Assembly (NCBI GenBank): GCA_000993275.1
Contig: LBVV01000006.1
Coordinates: 24-64,023 of the forward strand
Source: a candidate division CPR2 bacterium GW2011_GWC2_39_10
GTDB taxonomy: Bacteria > Patescibacteriota > CPR2
Length of the DNA stretch: 64,000 bases
Direction of reading: 5' to 3'
Made by a program: the position numbers and the translations under genes. This document shows, piece after piece, positions 39,547 to 50,032 of this stretch. The notes under the pieces are model-generated. The model saw only the letters and a list, made by a program, of their open reading frames with translations. It was not told where the DNA came from and did no database searches. Every line of letters starts with the position of its first letter. Position 1 is the first letter of the stretch.

Positions 39547-39817
39547 ACCTAACTGCTTCTTTTAGTCTTTTGCCGGCCCTAAACCTTGGCATCTTCATTT
39601 CCGGAATGTTGATATAGTCTCCGCTTTGGGGATTTCGGCCGCGTCTGGCAGCGCGTTTTCCAAGATCAAAGGTGCCGAAACCGGTTATGGCAACTTTTTC
39701 TCCCCTAACGATATTTTCGGTTACAATTTTAGTAAATTTGCCAAGAAACATCTCGACATTCTTTTTGGACATGCCGGTCTCTTTGGATAGCGTGTCAACA
39801 AACTGTTGTTTAGTCAT
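39545..39817 (-). CDS. hup: HU DNA-binding protein
   Basis: GFGTF, ARRGRNPQSG, PRFRAGKRLK. Confidence 0.95.
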   Translation of the reverse strand: MTKQQFVDTLSKETGMSKKNVEMFLGKFTKIVTENIVRGEKVAITGFGTFDLGKRAARRGRNPQSGDYINIPEMKMPRFRAGKRLKEAVR

Positions 39818-39910
39818 AAATACCCCTTATTTATTTAACATAATAATATAGATAATTATTGCATAAGAATTTTATTTTTTCAAGAGAGATTTGGTGGTAA
39901 AAAAGAATAT

Positions 39911-40026
39911 AGAATATAGTATAAAGCCCCAAGAATGGGAATATAGAATATTAGAATATTTTTTGCTTTATTCCGTATTCTAAATTCTTATACTTAATTC
40001 ATAATTCATTATTCTTAATTCTAAGA
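39911..40026. repeat. AT-rich repeat, right of the HU gene
   Basis: Direct repeat of 39366-39455; inverted copy at 52611-52730. Confidence 0.85.
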
Positions 40027-40105
40027 TTTGGATTTGTTTAGTATTTTCCGCCCGAGGCGGATCAGCCTTTGGCTGAAGAAATTAGGATTTAAGATTTAGA
40101 GATTC

Positions 40106-40900
40106 TCAAATCTCATCTTCTAGATCTATTCTTTTTATGGATTTTGCCTTTCCGGTTTCATTATCGGCATCAATAAGTACGGAGTTAAACCAAACCGGAC
40201 CTTCTGTCGGAATATCATGCTTTTGAGGAAGACAGGTTAAAAACCTTTTTATCACAATTTCGGACTTAACACCAAGCGATGTATTTTGCGGCCCCACCAT
40301 GCCCACATCCGTTACTACTGCCGTTCCTTTAGGTAAGACTCTGGCATCAGCTGTTGGCACGTGAGTATGGGTTCCAAAAACTGCCGTCACTTTGCCATCC
40401 AAAAATAAACCGAATGCCACTTTTTCCGAACTAATATCAGCATGAAAATCCACAATTATTATTTTGGCTTTCTTTTTTAATTCTTCAATTATCCCTTCAA
40501 CCAGCCGAAATGGGGAATCCAGATTGGCGTTTAAAAAACCTTCAAGCCCAATCATATTAATTATCCCCACGTTGCCAAACGGGGTTTTAACAACATCAAA
40601 ACCTCTACCGGGAGCGCCTAACGGATAATTTGCCGGACGAATAACTGGCGTTTTCGGGTTGTCCAGTTCGGGGATAAATTCTTGCTTTTTCCAGATATGA
40701 TTCCCCGAAGTAAAGAAATCCACCCCCACTGCTTGAAGATCTTTCATGGTTTCCATAGTCATACCGTAGCCGGTAGTCATGTTTTCGCCATTAGCAATAA
40801 CAAAATCCACATCTTCTTTTTTAATAAGATCCGGCAAAAGTTTTATAACAGTTTTGCGACCAATTCTGGCTACAATATCGCCAATAAATAAGATCTTCAT
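40106..40900 (-). CDS. ymdB: YmdB-family metallophosphoesterase
   Basis: FIGDIV, ANGEN, SGNH, DFHA, GTHTH; downstream of rny. Confidence 0.92.
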   Translation of the reverse strand: MKILFIGDIVARIGRKTVIKLLPDLIKKEDVDFVIANGENMTTGYGMTMETMKDLQAVGVDFFTSGNHIWKKQEFIPELDNPKTPVIRPANYPLGAPGRGFDVVKTPFGNVGIINMIGLEGFLNANLDSPFRLVEGIIEELKKKAKIIIVDFHADISSEKVAFGLFLDGKVTAVFGTHTHVPTADARVLPKGTAVVTDVGMVGPQNTSLGVKSEIVIKRFLTCLPQKHDIPTEGPVWFNSVLIDADNETGKAKSIKRIDLEDEI

Positions 40901-41003
40901 ATTTCTTCCTTTTTCTTATGATACTCTTAAAGCCGTACATGATTCAATCTTTTGAAATCAGAGTTAATTAATTCTTGATTTAATTCTTAATTCATAATTC
41001 GTT

Positions 41004-42539
41004 TTATTTCGCGTACTCGATTGACCTGGTTTCTCTTATTACGTTAACTTTAATTTGACCCGGATATTTAAGATCGTTTTCAATTTTGTCAGCGATATTG
41101 CGGGCCAACTTTGTAGCCTCAAGATCATCAATATTCTCCGGATTCACGATAATCCTAACTTCACGCCCGGCCTGAATAGCAAATGATTTTTCCACTCCTT
41201 CAAAACTATTGGCAATTGCCTCTAATTCTTTGAGCCTTTTGACATAATTGTCTAATGAATCCCGTCTGGCACCCGGACGCGCGCCGGAAATGGCATCGGC
41301 CACCTTAACAATTATTGCTTCAACGGACTTAAATTCTACCTCTTCGTGATGGGCTTCAATGGCATGTAAAATTTCTTCCGGCAATCCGAATTTTTTGGCA
41401 ATGTCTCTGGAAATTATAGCGTGGGTTCCGGTTATTTCCTGGTCAACTGCCTTTCCAAGGTCGTGCAGCAAACCGGCCACTTTAGCAATTTTAATGTCTG
41501 CCTTTATTTCGGCGGCAATAGAAGCGGCAATTTTTGACGTTTCAATAGAATGACGTAAAACATTTTGAGCATAACTGGTTCGATATTTAAGCCTACCTAA
41601 GATTTTAATAACATCTGTGGAAAGTCCGCTAACTCCCGCTTCGTAAGCAGCTTGTTCGCCGGCTTCCTTAATGGTCTTGTCAATTTCTTTTTCACACTTT
41701 AATACCATTTCTTCAATTCTGGATGGATGAATTCGACCATCCTGAATTAATTTTTCCAGTGCCATTTTAGCAACAGCCCGACGAACCGGATCGAAACCGG
41801 AAATAACAATAGTTTCCGGCGTATCATCAACGATAAAGTCGCAGCCGGTTGCCCTCTCTAAAGCATGAATGTTTCTGCCTTCTCTGCCAATTATCCTACC
41901 CTTCATTTCGTCGCTTGGCAATTGAACTGCAGAAACCGTTGTCTCCGCTGTCATATCTTGCGTAATATGCTGAATTGCATACGCCAAAATGTCTTTGGCT
42001 TTAGAGTCCGCATCCTCTTTCACTTCTTCCTGCACTTTTCTAATCCATGAAACCATATCCTCTTTATAATCTTTTTCCACCAGTTTAAAGAGTTTTTCTT
42101 TGGCTTCGTCTTTAGTAAGTTTCGCCAAATTAATCAGGGTTTCTTCCTGCCTTGATCTTAATGCTTTTAACTGCGTTTTAATGTCGCCAATTTCTTCCTT
42201 ACTTTTTTCTAAGTCTTCTTTTCTTTTGTCTAAATCGGTAAATTTTTTGTCTAAATTTTCTTCCTTGGACGCTAATCTTTCTTCTAATCTTAAGATCTGA
42301 TCTCGACGTTCTTTCTCTTCTTTTTTGGCTGTTTCCGAGACTTTAATGGCCTCGTCTTTAGCCTCAATTACAATTTCTTTAGCTTTTCTTTTGGCATCGT
42401 CAACAAGTTTTGTGGCTTCAGCTTCGGCGTTCTCGGTTTCCCCGGCCATTCGGATTTTTCTGTAGTAGTATCCGCCCACGCCTCCGGCCGCACTTCCGGC
42501 AGCAATGGCCAAAAGTAGACTTAAATTTAATGGACCCAT
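41004..42539 (-). CDS. rny: Ribonuclease Y
   Basis: TM, coiled coil, KH (KGRIIGREGRNI), HD (LLHDLGK). Confidence 0.97.
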   Translation of the reverse strand: MGPLNLSLLLAIAAGSAAGGVGGYYYRKIRMAGETENAEAEATKLVDDAKRKAKEIVIEAKDEAIKVSETAKKEEKERRDQILRLEERLASKEENLDKKFTDLDKRKEDLEKSKEEIGDIKTQLKALRSRQEETLINLAKLTKDEAKEKLFKLVEKDYKEDMVSWIRKVQEEVKEDADSKAKDILAYAIQHITQDMTAETTVSAVQLPSDEMKGRIIGREGRNIHALERATGCDFIVDDTPETIVISGFDPVRRAVAKMALEKLIQDGRIHPSRIEEMVLKCEKEIDKTIKEAGEQAAYEAGVSGLSTDVIKILGRLKYRTSYAQNVLRHSIETSKIAASIAAEIKADIKIAKVAGLLHDLGKAVDQEITGTHAIISRDIAKKFGLPEEILHAIEAHHEEVEFKSVEAIIVKVADAISGARPGARRDSLDNYVKRLKELEAIANSFEGVEKSFAIQAGREVRIIVNPENIDDLEATKLARNIADKIENDLKYPGQIKVNVIRETRSIEYAK

Positions 42540-42922
42540 ATTCGACCTCTTTCTAGCGTCAGACAATGGCTAAATTACAAAAAATTACCATGGAGTAGTG
42601 AAGCGATTTTTAGTTTTCTTTATATAGGGTAGCCTAAGGTCTGACAATGTTATTACTTTTATTATTACACCTCAAATTTAACATTAAAGAGCAGAAAAAT
42701 CAAGACGAAAGTCTTTGACAGAAAACCCTTCGAAAAGCTCAGGGCTATAGCAAGAAACAAACAAATAGCTAAAATTTTTGAATTAAGAATAACGAATTAT
42801 GAATCAAGTATGGGAATTCAGAATGATTGAACAATTGTAAGTTGAAATTTGAAAATCCCTTCCGCTCAAGGCGGACAAGCATGGAGGGAAATAATGGGGT
42901 GGGGTCGCTATTTGTTTATTGT

Positions 42923-43354
42923 TTATTGCTTATTGCTTTTTGACTTATCTTTTGGATAAGTAATACTGGGTTCTTTGTCATAGAAAGGCAAAATTTGGTC
43001 CATTTGGGATTTTTCCGCCTTGGCGAGTGCCAAACGAGACAGGTTTAACTTTTCTTCGCCTATTTCTAGCAATTTTTCAGGATTTTTTTCGTCTTTAATG
43101 CCGACAATTGGAATTTTAAGCGCATACGAAAGGGCATTGGCAATTGACACCGCAACTCTTGTACCTGTAAAAGGTCCGGGGCCTCTAAAAACAATAATCC
43201 CGCTTATTTTATCCGGCCGGGTTAGGCTATCTATTATTTTTAATAATTCCGGACGTCTTACTTCTCTCTTTTCCTCAACAGCTTTTCTTATAATTCCGCT
43301 CTCAGCGATGCCGACATATGTTATTTCATTATTTACCATGAGTATCAGGATCAT
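42923..43354 (-). CDS. tsaB: TsaB-like t6A biosynthesis protein (short form, with in-frame micro-repeat)
   Basis: GPGPFTGTRV; adjacent to tsaE. Confidence 0.85.
   Translation of the reverse strand: MILILMVNNEITYVGIAESGIIRKAVEEKREVRRPELLKIIDSLTRPDKISGIIVFRGPGPFTGTRVAVSIANALSYALKIPIVGIKDEKNPEKLLEIGEEKLNLSRLALAKAEKSQMDQILPFYDKEPSITYPKDKSKSNKQ
43015..43044. repeat. 30-bp micro-repeat inserted in frame in tsaB
   Basis: Reverse complement matches 4839-4867 at 28/29. Confidence 0.85.
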
Positions 43355-43806
43355 ATGTCCTCCAAGAAGTTTTTATATTTAGCGCCAAAAGTTTTAATTT
43401 GAATTTCTCTTACCGTTTTATTTATAAATGTCAAAATTATTTCAATTCTTTCATGCGGCAAATCCGCTTCCAAATTTTCCGGCCACTCCACTAAGAAAAC
43501 TGCCTTATCATTTTTTAAGTTTTCTAAAAGTTCAAATTCGGTAATATCACCGGCGGAAAGACGATAAAAATCATAATGGAATATGCAAATATCGTTTTTA
43601 CCTTTGTATATTTGCTCGATAGTAAAAGTGGGACTGGTTACCTCCTCTTTAGCACCCAAACCGGCAGCAATTCCTTTAGAAATTGTGGTTTTACCGCCGC
43701 CCAAGTCTCCTTTTAAAAGTAGCAAATCCCCGCCGCCAAGTTTGGCGCCGATTTTTTTTCCTAAATTTATCGTTTCTTCTTCACTTTCAGTTCTTAAAAT
43801 TCTCAC
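43351..43806 (-). CDS. tsaE: tRNA threonylcarbamoyladenosine ATPase
   Basis: GDLGGGKTT, SPTF, HYDFYRL, VEW. Confidence 0.95.
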   Translation of the reverse strand: MRILRTESEEETINLGKKIGAKLGGGDLLLLKGDLGGGKTTISKGIAAGLGAKEEVTSPTFTIEQIYKGKNDICIFHYDFYRLSAGDITEFELLENLKNDKAVFLVEWPENLEADLPHERIEIILTFINKTVREIQIKTFGAKYKNFLEDI

Positions 43807-45040
43807 TTAAAACATCCTTATTTTTATAGGCGAGGTACAAACTGGCAATAACTGCTCCGCCCAAGAGAAACATTATACCTAAATTTCTATTATAGTTTAA
43901 GTCTTTTTCATCCGAAATAATATCCTCGGCACCCAAAACTTCCGGATCTTCAACGGTTCCCGTCTTTTTCGCTTTGCCGGCAATGGTTTTTGACGAACTT
44001 GAAGCGGACTTTTTAGTCGTTGACGTTTTTTTGGTTGTTGTTTTTGATTTAGAAATGTTGGCCGAGGATGATTCTTCCTCCTCGACTATGTTTTTGATAT
44101 TTGCGCTGTTTTTTGTGACCGTTTGCGTCCAGGACCAAACATTATCAAAATTTGCAAAACTTAAAGTCGTTTTCGTTTTACCGTAATCGGGTGTTGAATA
44201 AATAATTGACCCATTTTTATCTATTAAAAGCATTTCATCGCCATCATTGTTGAGGCTAATTTTTGTTACAACGCTTTCAAAGACCAAAAATCCATTTTTT
44301 GGGATGATTGTCGCGGGTTGAATAAAAAATTTATGCACCGAACCTTTAACGTCCTGCAACGCCCAACCGCCAAGATCGACGTCAAAATTTTCTGTGTTGT
44401 ACAGTTCTATCCATTCTCTCTTTGACTCGGAAATTTCGGTTGGCGGATCGGGGTAAATTTCGGAAATTATAATATTGGCACTTTGGGCGGTCGAACTTCC
44501 CGGATTATCTGCAGAGGCCGCATCTTCTCCGTCACTTAAAACCTCAAAATCGGCTGCATTATCGTCGGTATCAATATTATCCTTTCTTATCAGTTTTTGA
44601 TTCTTACCCAGTGCGGCAGCCGGATTTTTTTCATAGTCTGCGACCTTGCCAAAACCAACTTTATCAACCACCGCTTTGTTCTTATCGTAAATTAGAACGG
44701 TATTGTCGGATGCAAGAGAATTGCTTTTAGTGGAATATTTAAGGCCTTCGTATGTTGCCTGCTGATGGGAGACAGTAATTGACTCTTTCGATTTAAGGGT
44801 TAAGGCCGGAAAAGCAGTAAGCAAGTTATATTCATTCCCGCTGCCAGTTTTTTTGGTCAGCTTAAAACCTTCTAAATTTATATCAGCGTCAGTTGGATTA
44901 TAAAGCGTAACATATTCGTCATAAACTAAGTCTCCCGCAACCCTAATTTCAGATATTACAAGATGACTTGCCGCTCTAGCCGGCAAAGCGCTAATCCCCC
45001 CAAAGAGCATAAGAAAGCTAAAAAATAGGACCTTGCGCAT
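43787..45040 (-). CDS. Secreted lamin-tail-domain protein with a C-terminal TM anchor
   Basis: Signal peptide; two ISEI...E(Y/W)(V/I)xLYN domains; Lys/Thr/Ser-rich linker. Confidence 0.8.
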   Translation of the reverse strand: MRKVLFFSFLMLFGGISALPARAASHLVISEIRVAGDLVYDEYVTLYNPTDADINLEGFKLTKKTGSGNEYNLLTAFPALTLKSKESITVSHQQATYEGLKYSTKSNSLASDNTVLIYDKNKAVVDKVGFGKVADYEKNPAAALGKNQKLIRKDNIDTDDNAADFEVLSDGEDAASADNPGSSTAQSANIIISEIYPDPPTEISESKREWIELYNTENFDVDLGGWALQDVKGSVHKFFIQPATIIPKNGFLVFESVVTKISLNNDGDEMLLIDKNGSIIYSTPDYGKTKTTLSFANFDNVWSWTQTVTKNSANIKNIVEEEESSSANISKSKTTTKKTSTTKKSASSSSKTIAGKAKKTGTVEDPEVLGAEDIISDEKDLNYNRNLGIMFLLGGAVIASLYLAYKNKDVLSENFKN

Positions 45041-45615
45041 ATAAAAAGAATAACACGACAGAATTTAAAATTACAAATTTTAAATTCTAAATCCTAATTT
45101 CTAATATCTAATATCTAAACAAAATCCAATTTCAAAATCCAAAAATTTAGAATATTAGAAAGTGCAAATCTCGTCGAATTGGTTGAACTTGAAAATTCCT
45201 AGCACTTTGAAGCAAATGTAAAAAAGCATTTGCTCTTTTTTTTAATAACAATCATTTTTCCCTTCCTCGGCCTCCGCAGGAATAGATGAGTATCAACTGA
45301 ACGTACATCTCAAAAAGTTGTGTTTGAGGAGGTTACGACGAGTTCGACTTTTTGAGAGTAAGAGAAGGCAGATGCGATTCTATGACGAGGACCAGCCGAA
45401 AGTTTTGGTTCTTTCCAAAAAGAACAAAAAATCCTTTAAGATTTTTATAGTTCTCATATTCCTACGGATCCGTCCGAACGAGCCGTATTGCCGGATCCCT
45501 CCCGCCGCCAGAGGCGGTCAAGAGGGCGGGCAGGCGGGCAGGCAAACGATTGTATTTTCTAAAGGAATGTCCGGAATGATGGAAAAATGAAACTACTGTC
45601 TTTTAAATTTTGACT

Positions 45616-46638
45616 TTACAAAATAAGCATTCCATCCCCATAAGAATAAAATCTATACTCATTATCTATGGCATGTTGGTAGGCCTTTAAAACGAGTTTC
45701 CTTCCGGCAAAGGCGGAGATTAGCATTATTAAACTGGATTTTGGCAAATGAAAGTTAGTTATTAGTCCGTCAATTATTTGAAATTTATAACCAGGATAGA
45801 TAAAAATATCGGTTTCACCACCCCCCCCTTCTTTTGCATGAAAAGGGTCTAACCCTTTTTGGGCTACTGATTCTAAAACTCGCACCGTAGTGGTTCCAAC
45901 CGCAATTACCCTTCGGCCTTCTTTTTTGGCCTTTTCTATTTTTAAAGCTGTTTCTTTGTTTATTTCAAAACTTTCTTTGTGCATCTTGTGCTCTTCTACC
46001 ACATCGGTTTTTACCGGTCTAAAAGTGCCAAGCCCCACATGAAGTGTTACAAATGCAAATTCTATCCCTTTTTCGTCAAGCTCCCTAAAAAGCCTGTCCG
46101 TAAAATGAAGCCCGGCCGTTGGCGCCGCCACCGAACCTTCCTTTAAAGCATAAACCGTTTGATAATCTAACCTGTCACTTTCTAAAGCTCCTTCCCTTTT
46201 TATATAAGGAGGCAAAGGCATTTCGCCGATTTTCTCTAGCGCCTCTAAAAAATCTGATTTTTTTAAATTAAATTTGACAATAAAAATATCGTCTTTTTTC
46301 GAAACATGACCTTTAAAAAGTTTGAAATCCAACTCTTCTTCTTTACCCTTTTTCACCAAAGCTTCCCAACTAAAATCATCAATGTTTTTAAGCAAAAGCA
46401 CTTCTTTTTTTACACCATTTAAATTGACTCCGTAAATTCTTGCCGGTATAACTTTGGAATTATTAAACACTAAAAGATCGCCTTCTTTCAAAAGATCTTT
46501 TAGATCATAAAAATGATAGTCTGAAAATTTTCTCTTTTTTCTATCTAAATGAAGCAGTTTAGAATGATCTTTTGGATAAACCGGCTTTAAGGCAATCTTT
46601 TCTTTTGGTAAATTGTAGTCAAAATCTTGTGTAAGCAC
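45616..46638 (-). CDS. queA: SAM:tRNA ribosyltransferase-isomerase
   Basis: PLPPYIKR, GSVAAPTAGLHF, TNFHLPKS, YRFYSYGD. Confidence 0.97.
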   Translation of the reverse strand: MLTQDFDYNLPKEKIALKPVYPKDHSKLLHLDRKKRKFSDYHFYDLKDLLKEGDLLVFNNSKVIPARIYGVNLNGVKKEVLLLKNIDDFSWEALVKKGKEEELDFKLFKGHVSKKDDIFIVKFNLKKSDFLEALEKIGEMPLPPYIKREGALESDRLDYQTVYALKEGSVAAPTAGLHFTDRLFRELDEKGIEFAFVTLHVGLGTFRPVKTDVVEEHKMHKESFEINKETALKIEKAKKEGRRVIAVGTTTVRVLESVAQKGLDPFHAKEGGGGETDIFIYPGYKFQIIDGLITNFHLPKSSLIMLISAFAGRKLVLKAYQHAIDNEYRFYSYGDGMLIL

Positions 46639-46887
46639 TGTTCTTCTCCTAAAAATGCCCCTATATTATAACAGACTATTTAAAATACTAAATTCAAAGC
46701 ACTAAATACTAAACAATATTTAATATCAAAATCCTAAACGTTTTGAACATTTATATTTAAAATTTGTTTAGTATTTCGATATTGGGATTTAGAATTTAAA
46801 AGTATCCTTTATACTTCTCTTGTCAATTGTCATACTAATCCTGTAATATAAGATTAGTGTAGTAACTAATTTTTTTGGGATTTTTAG

Positions 46888-48828
46888 ATGAAAATAAAGG
46901 GAAATGAAATAAAATATCTGTTGGTCTCCTCCGGCCTGTTGGACGAAGAGACTTTAAAAGAAGCGGAAGCGGAAGCGGAAAATGCCGAAAAACCGCTTGA
47001 CGAAATTTTATTAGAAAAAAAATACATAACGGAACGGGACTTAGTTAGAACCTACGCCAAATATATAAACGTACCCTACATTGACTTAAGAGACAGAATC
47101 GTTCCCAAAAACGTTCTCTTAAAACTTCCCGAAAAACATGCCATTAAGTATCAATCCGTATTCTTTGCGGAGGAAAACGGTATTTTCTTTTTGGGTATGG
47201 CCGATCCGGAAGATTTCCAAGCTGTTCAGTTTATAGAAAAACAATCCGGATTCAGGGTCAAAGTTTTTATGGCTGCACCAAGCGATATCTCTTATATCCT
47301 AGACCAATACAAAGAAGGGTTATCCACCGAAATTGCCAAAGCAGTTGTTGAGTCCGAAGAACAAGTGGAAGAATTTAAGGAAGAAATTGAAGAAGACGTT
47401 ACCACAGATCAGCTCGGAGCAATTGTTAAGGAAGCACCAATTGCCAAAGCTTTAAGCATTTTATTGGAATATGCGGTTAAACAAAGGGCGTCAGATATTC
47501 ACATCGAACCAAGAGAAACCGGTGTCATGGTCCGTTATCGAATTGACGGCGTACTAAGGGAAACCATGACTTTACCTAAAGCTATTCAATCTGCTATTGC
47601 TACCAGAATAAAAATAATTTCCAACCTTAAAATTGACGAGCACCGAGTTCCTCAGGATGGGAGATTTAAAATAAATATCGGCAAAAAAACAATTGCTCTT
47701 CGTGTTTCCACCTTGCCCGTCATATTCGGCGAAAAAATTGTGATGAGGCTACTGGATGAATCATCCAAACCGCTGTCTCTTGAAGAATTAGGATTTAGAG
47801 GCAAAGCCCTAGAAATTATTAAAAGAAATTTATCCAAAACTCACGGCATGGTTTTGGTAACCGGCCCCACCGGTTCAGGCAAATCCACCACACTTTATTC
47901 TATCCTTAATATTTTAAACACGCCGGGAGTCAACATTTCCACCGTTGAGGATCCTATTGAGTACCGTATCCCAGGAGTTAATCAAACCCAGGCCAACGCC
48001 AAAGTGGGCATGACTTTTGCCTTCGGTTTAAGAGCCCTGTTAAGACAGGATCCGGATATCATAATGGTCGGAGAAATTCGTGACACCGAAACGGCCGAAA
48101 TGGCAGTACACGCCGCCCTAACCGGTCATGTGGTTCTGTCTACCCTTCACACCAATAACGCTGCCACCACCCTACCCCGTATGACAGACATGGATATCGA
48201 ATCTTTTCTTATTGCTTCAACCGTTAATACCGTCATTGCTCAAAGATTGGTTAGGGTTTTATGCCAGGAGTGCCGGGAAGCCTACGCTCCCAGCGAAGAA
48301 ATCTTAAATCAAATCCATGAGGGTTTTAACATGACCGAAGAAGAAAAAGCAACCGTTTCCAAAAGCCAAGAGGCCAGAGAACCCCAAGAAGTCCATTCCG
48401 GAGTCAGAAAAATTGGCTCCCCCTCAAGAGAAATTTTAAACAACAGATCAATTTTAGAAGCCATTGCCGAAGACCCAAGCATCTTAAACCGAAAAGCCGA
48501 AGAGCCGAATGATAACGAAGAAAAAAGAATTTCCAAAAAAGAAGAATCGAAAGCGGAAATAAAACCGTCAGCTTTTGGAAAAGTGACGCTTTTTAAACCA
48601 AGAGGATGTTCAAAGTGCGATAACGGCTATAAAGGAAGAATGGGCATTTACGAGGTCTTAGAAATAGATTCAGAAATTGGCGATGCTATCATTGCCAGAA
48701 AATCGGCTGAGGAAATTGAAGCTTTAGGTGTTCAAAAAGGAATGCTAACCATGCAGCAAGATGGATTTTTAAAAGCCCTGGAAGGCACCACTACGTTAGA
48801 AGAAGTTTTAAGAGTAACAAAAGAGTAA
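46888..48828 (+). CDS. pilB: Type IV pilus extension ATPase
   Basis: ASDIHIEP, GPTGSGKST, LRQDPDIIMVGEIRD, His box. Confidence 0.95.
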   Translation: MKIKGNEIKYLLVSSGLLDEETLKEAEAEAENAEKPLDEILLEKKYITERDLVRTYAKYINVPYIDLRDRIVPKNVLLKLPEKHAIKYQSVFFAEENGIFFLGMADPEDFQAVQFIEKQSGFRVKVFMAAPSDISYILDQYKEGLSTEIAKAVVESEEQVEEFKEEIEEDVTTDQLGAIVKEAPIAKALSILLEYAVKQRASDIHIEPRETGVMVRYRIDGVLRETMTLPKAIQSAIATRIKIISNLKIDEHRVPQDGRFKINIGKKTIALRVSTLPVIFGEKIVMRLLDESSKPLSLEELGFRGKALEIIKRNLSKTHGMVLVTGPTGSGKSTTLYSILNILNTPGVNISTVEDPIEYRIPGVNQTQANAKVGMTFAFGLRALLRQDPDIIMVGEIRDTETAEMAVHAALTGHVVLSTLHTNNAATTLPRMTDMDIESFLIASTVNTVIAQRLVRVLCQECREAYAPSEEILNQIHEGFNMTEEEKATVSKSQEAREPQEVHSGVRKIGSPSREILNNRSILEAIAEDPSILNRKAEEPNDNEEKRISKKEESKAEIKPSAFGKVTLFKPRGCSKCDNGYKGRMGIYEVLEIDSEIGDAIIARKSAEEIEALGVQKGMLTMQQDGFLKALEGTTTLEEVLRVTKE

Positions 48829-48832
48829 TTAA

Positions 48833-50032
48833 ATGAGCACTTTTACCTATCTTGCAAAAGAAAAAACCGGCAGTATCAGTAAGGGCTCCCTTGAAGCCCT
48901 AAACAGAAAAGAAGCAATTTCACTTCTTTCCGAAAAAGGCCTCACCCCTATTAGGATTGAATCTCAAAAACAATTTGGCAATTTTAAATCCACTACTAAA
49001 ATTTCCAACAAAAAGAAAGTAAACATGGTGCGGCAACTGTCTACTCTTATTAACGCCGGAGTTCCATTAGCTCAAGCCTTCGCCGTTTTGGGCAGACAAG
49101 CCAAAGATGCGAGCTTAAAAATAATTGTAAATGCCATTCAAAAAGACTTGGAAGGCGGGCTTTCCCTATCAAACGGTTTGTCTAAACATCCCAAGGTTTT
49201 TTCCGAAGTTTTCATTAATATGATAAAAGCCGGCGAAGCCGGCGGTTCGTTAGACCAAACACTTGACAGGCTAGCAACCCAAATGGAAAAAGACCGGGAA
49301 ATTGTCTCTAAAGTCAGAGGCGCCCTTATGTATCCGGCCGTTATTACAGTAGCTATGATTGGCGTTGTTATTTTCCTCATGGTCAAAATTGTTCCTCAAA
49401 TTTCCAGCATCTTTGCCGACATGGGTTCAGATTTGCCAATTAACACCAAAATACTAATTGTCATTTCTAACGCATTCAGCCAATTTTTTGTGGGATTTAT
49501 TGTGGGTGCCGCTATCTTAATTTACGCTTATATTTGGTCTTATAGACATTATGAAAAAATGCGTTTTTTTGTCGGCAAAACTTTAACCCGAATACCCATG
49601 ATTAAAGAAATAGTTTTAAAGGTCAACATTTCCCGCATGACCAGAACACTGGCCTCTCTTTTATCGTCAGGCATTCCGGTTATTGAGGCAATAGACATCG
49701 TTGCCAACTCTCTTTCAAACCAATATTTTAAAAATAAAATTGGCGAGTCCAAACAATTTATCAAAAACGGTCAAAATCTGTCGGTCAGTTTGGAAAAAAC
49801 CGGAGCTTTGCCGGAAGACGTTAAAGAAATGATTGCCATCGGCGAAGAAACCGGCAATCTTGAAGATATTTTATTTAAAATTGCCGAAGTTAACGAAAAA
49901 GAACTTTACACTTTGGTTGACGGCTTGTCATCCGTAATTGAACCTATACTAATGCTGGTTTTGGGCGGTATCGTCGGCTTTATCGTCATTTCCATGCTTC
50001 AGCCGATATACTCGTTAGGAGATTCCATCTAA
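48833..50032 (+). CDS. pilC: Type IV pilus platform protein (second copy)
   Basis: AGEAGGSL, ALMYP, IGEETGNL. Confidence 0.92.
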   Translation: MSTFTYLAKEKTGSISKGSLEALNRKEAISLLSEKGLTPIRIESQKQFGNFKSTTKISNKKKVNMVRQLSTLINAGVPLAQAFAVLGRQAKDASLKIIVNAIQKDLEGGLSLSNGLSKHPKVFSEVFINMIKAGEAGGSLDQTLDRLATQMEKDREIVSKVRGALMYPAVITVAMIGVVIFLMVKIVPQISSIFADMGSDLPINTKILIVISNAFSQFFVGFIVGAAILIYAYIWSYRHYEKMRFFVGKTLTRIPMIKEIVLKVNISRMTRTLASLLSSGIPVIEAIDIVANSLSNQYFKNKIGESKQFIKNGQNLSVSLEKTGALPEDVKEMIAIGEETGNLEDILFKIAEVNEKELYTLVDGLSSVIEPILMLVLGGIVGFIVISMLQPIYSLGDSI

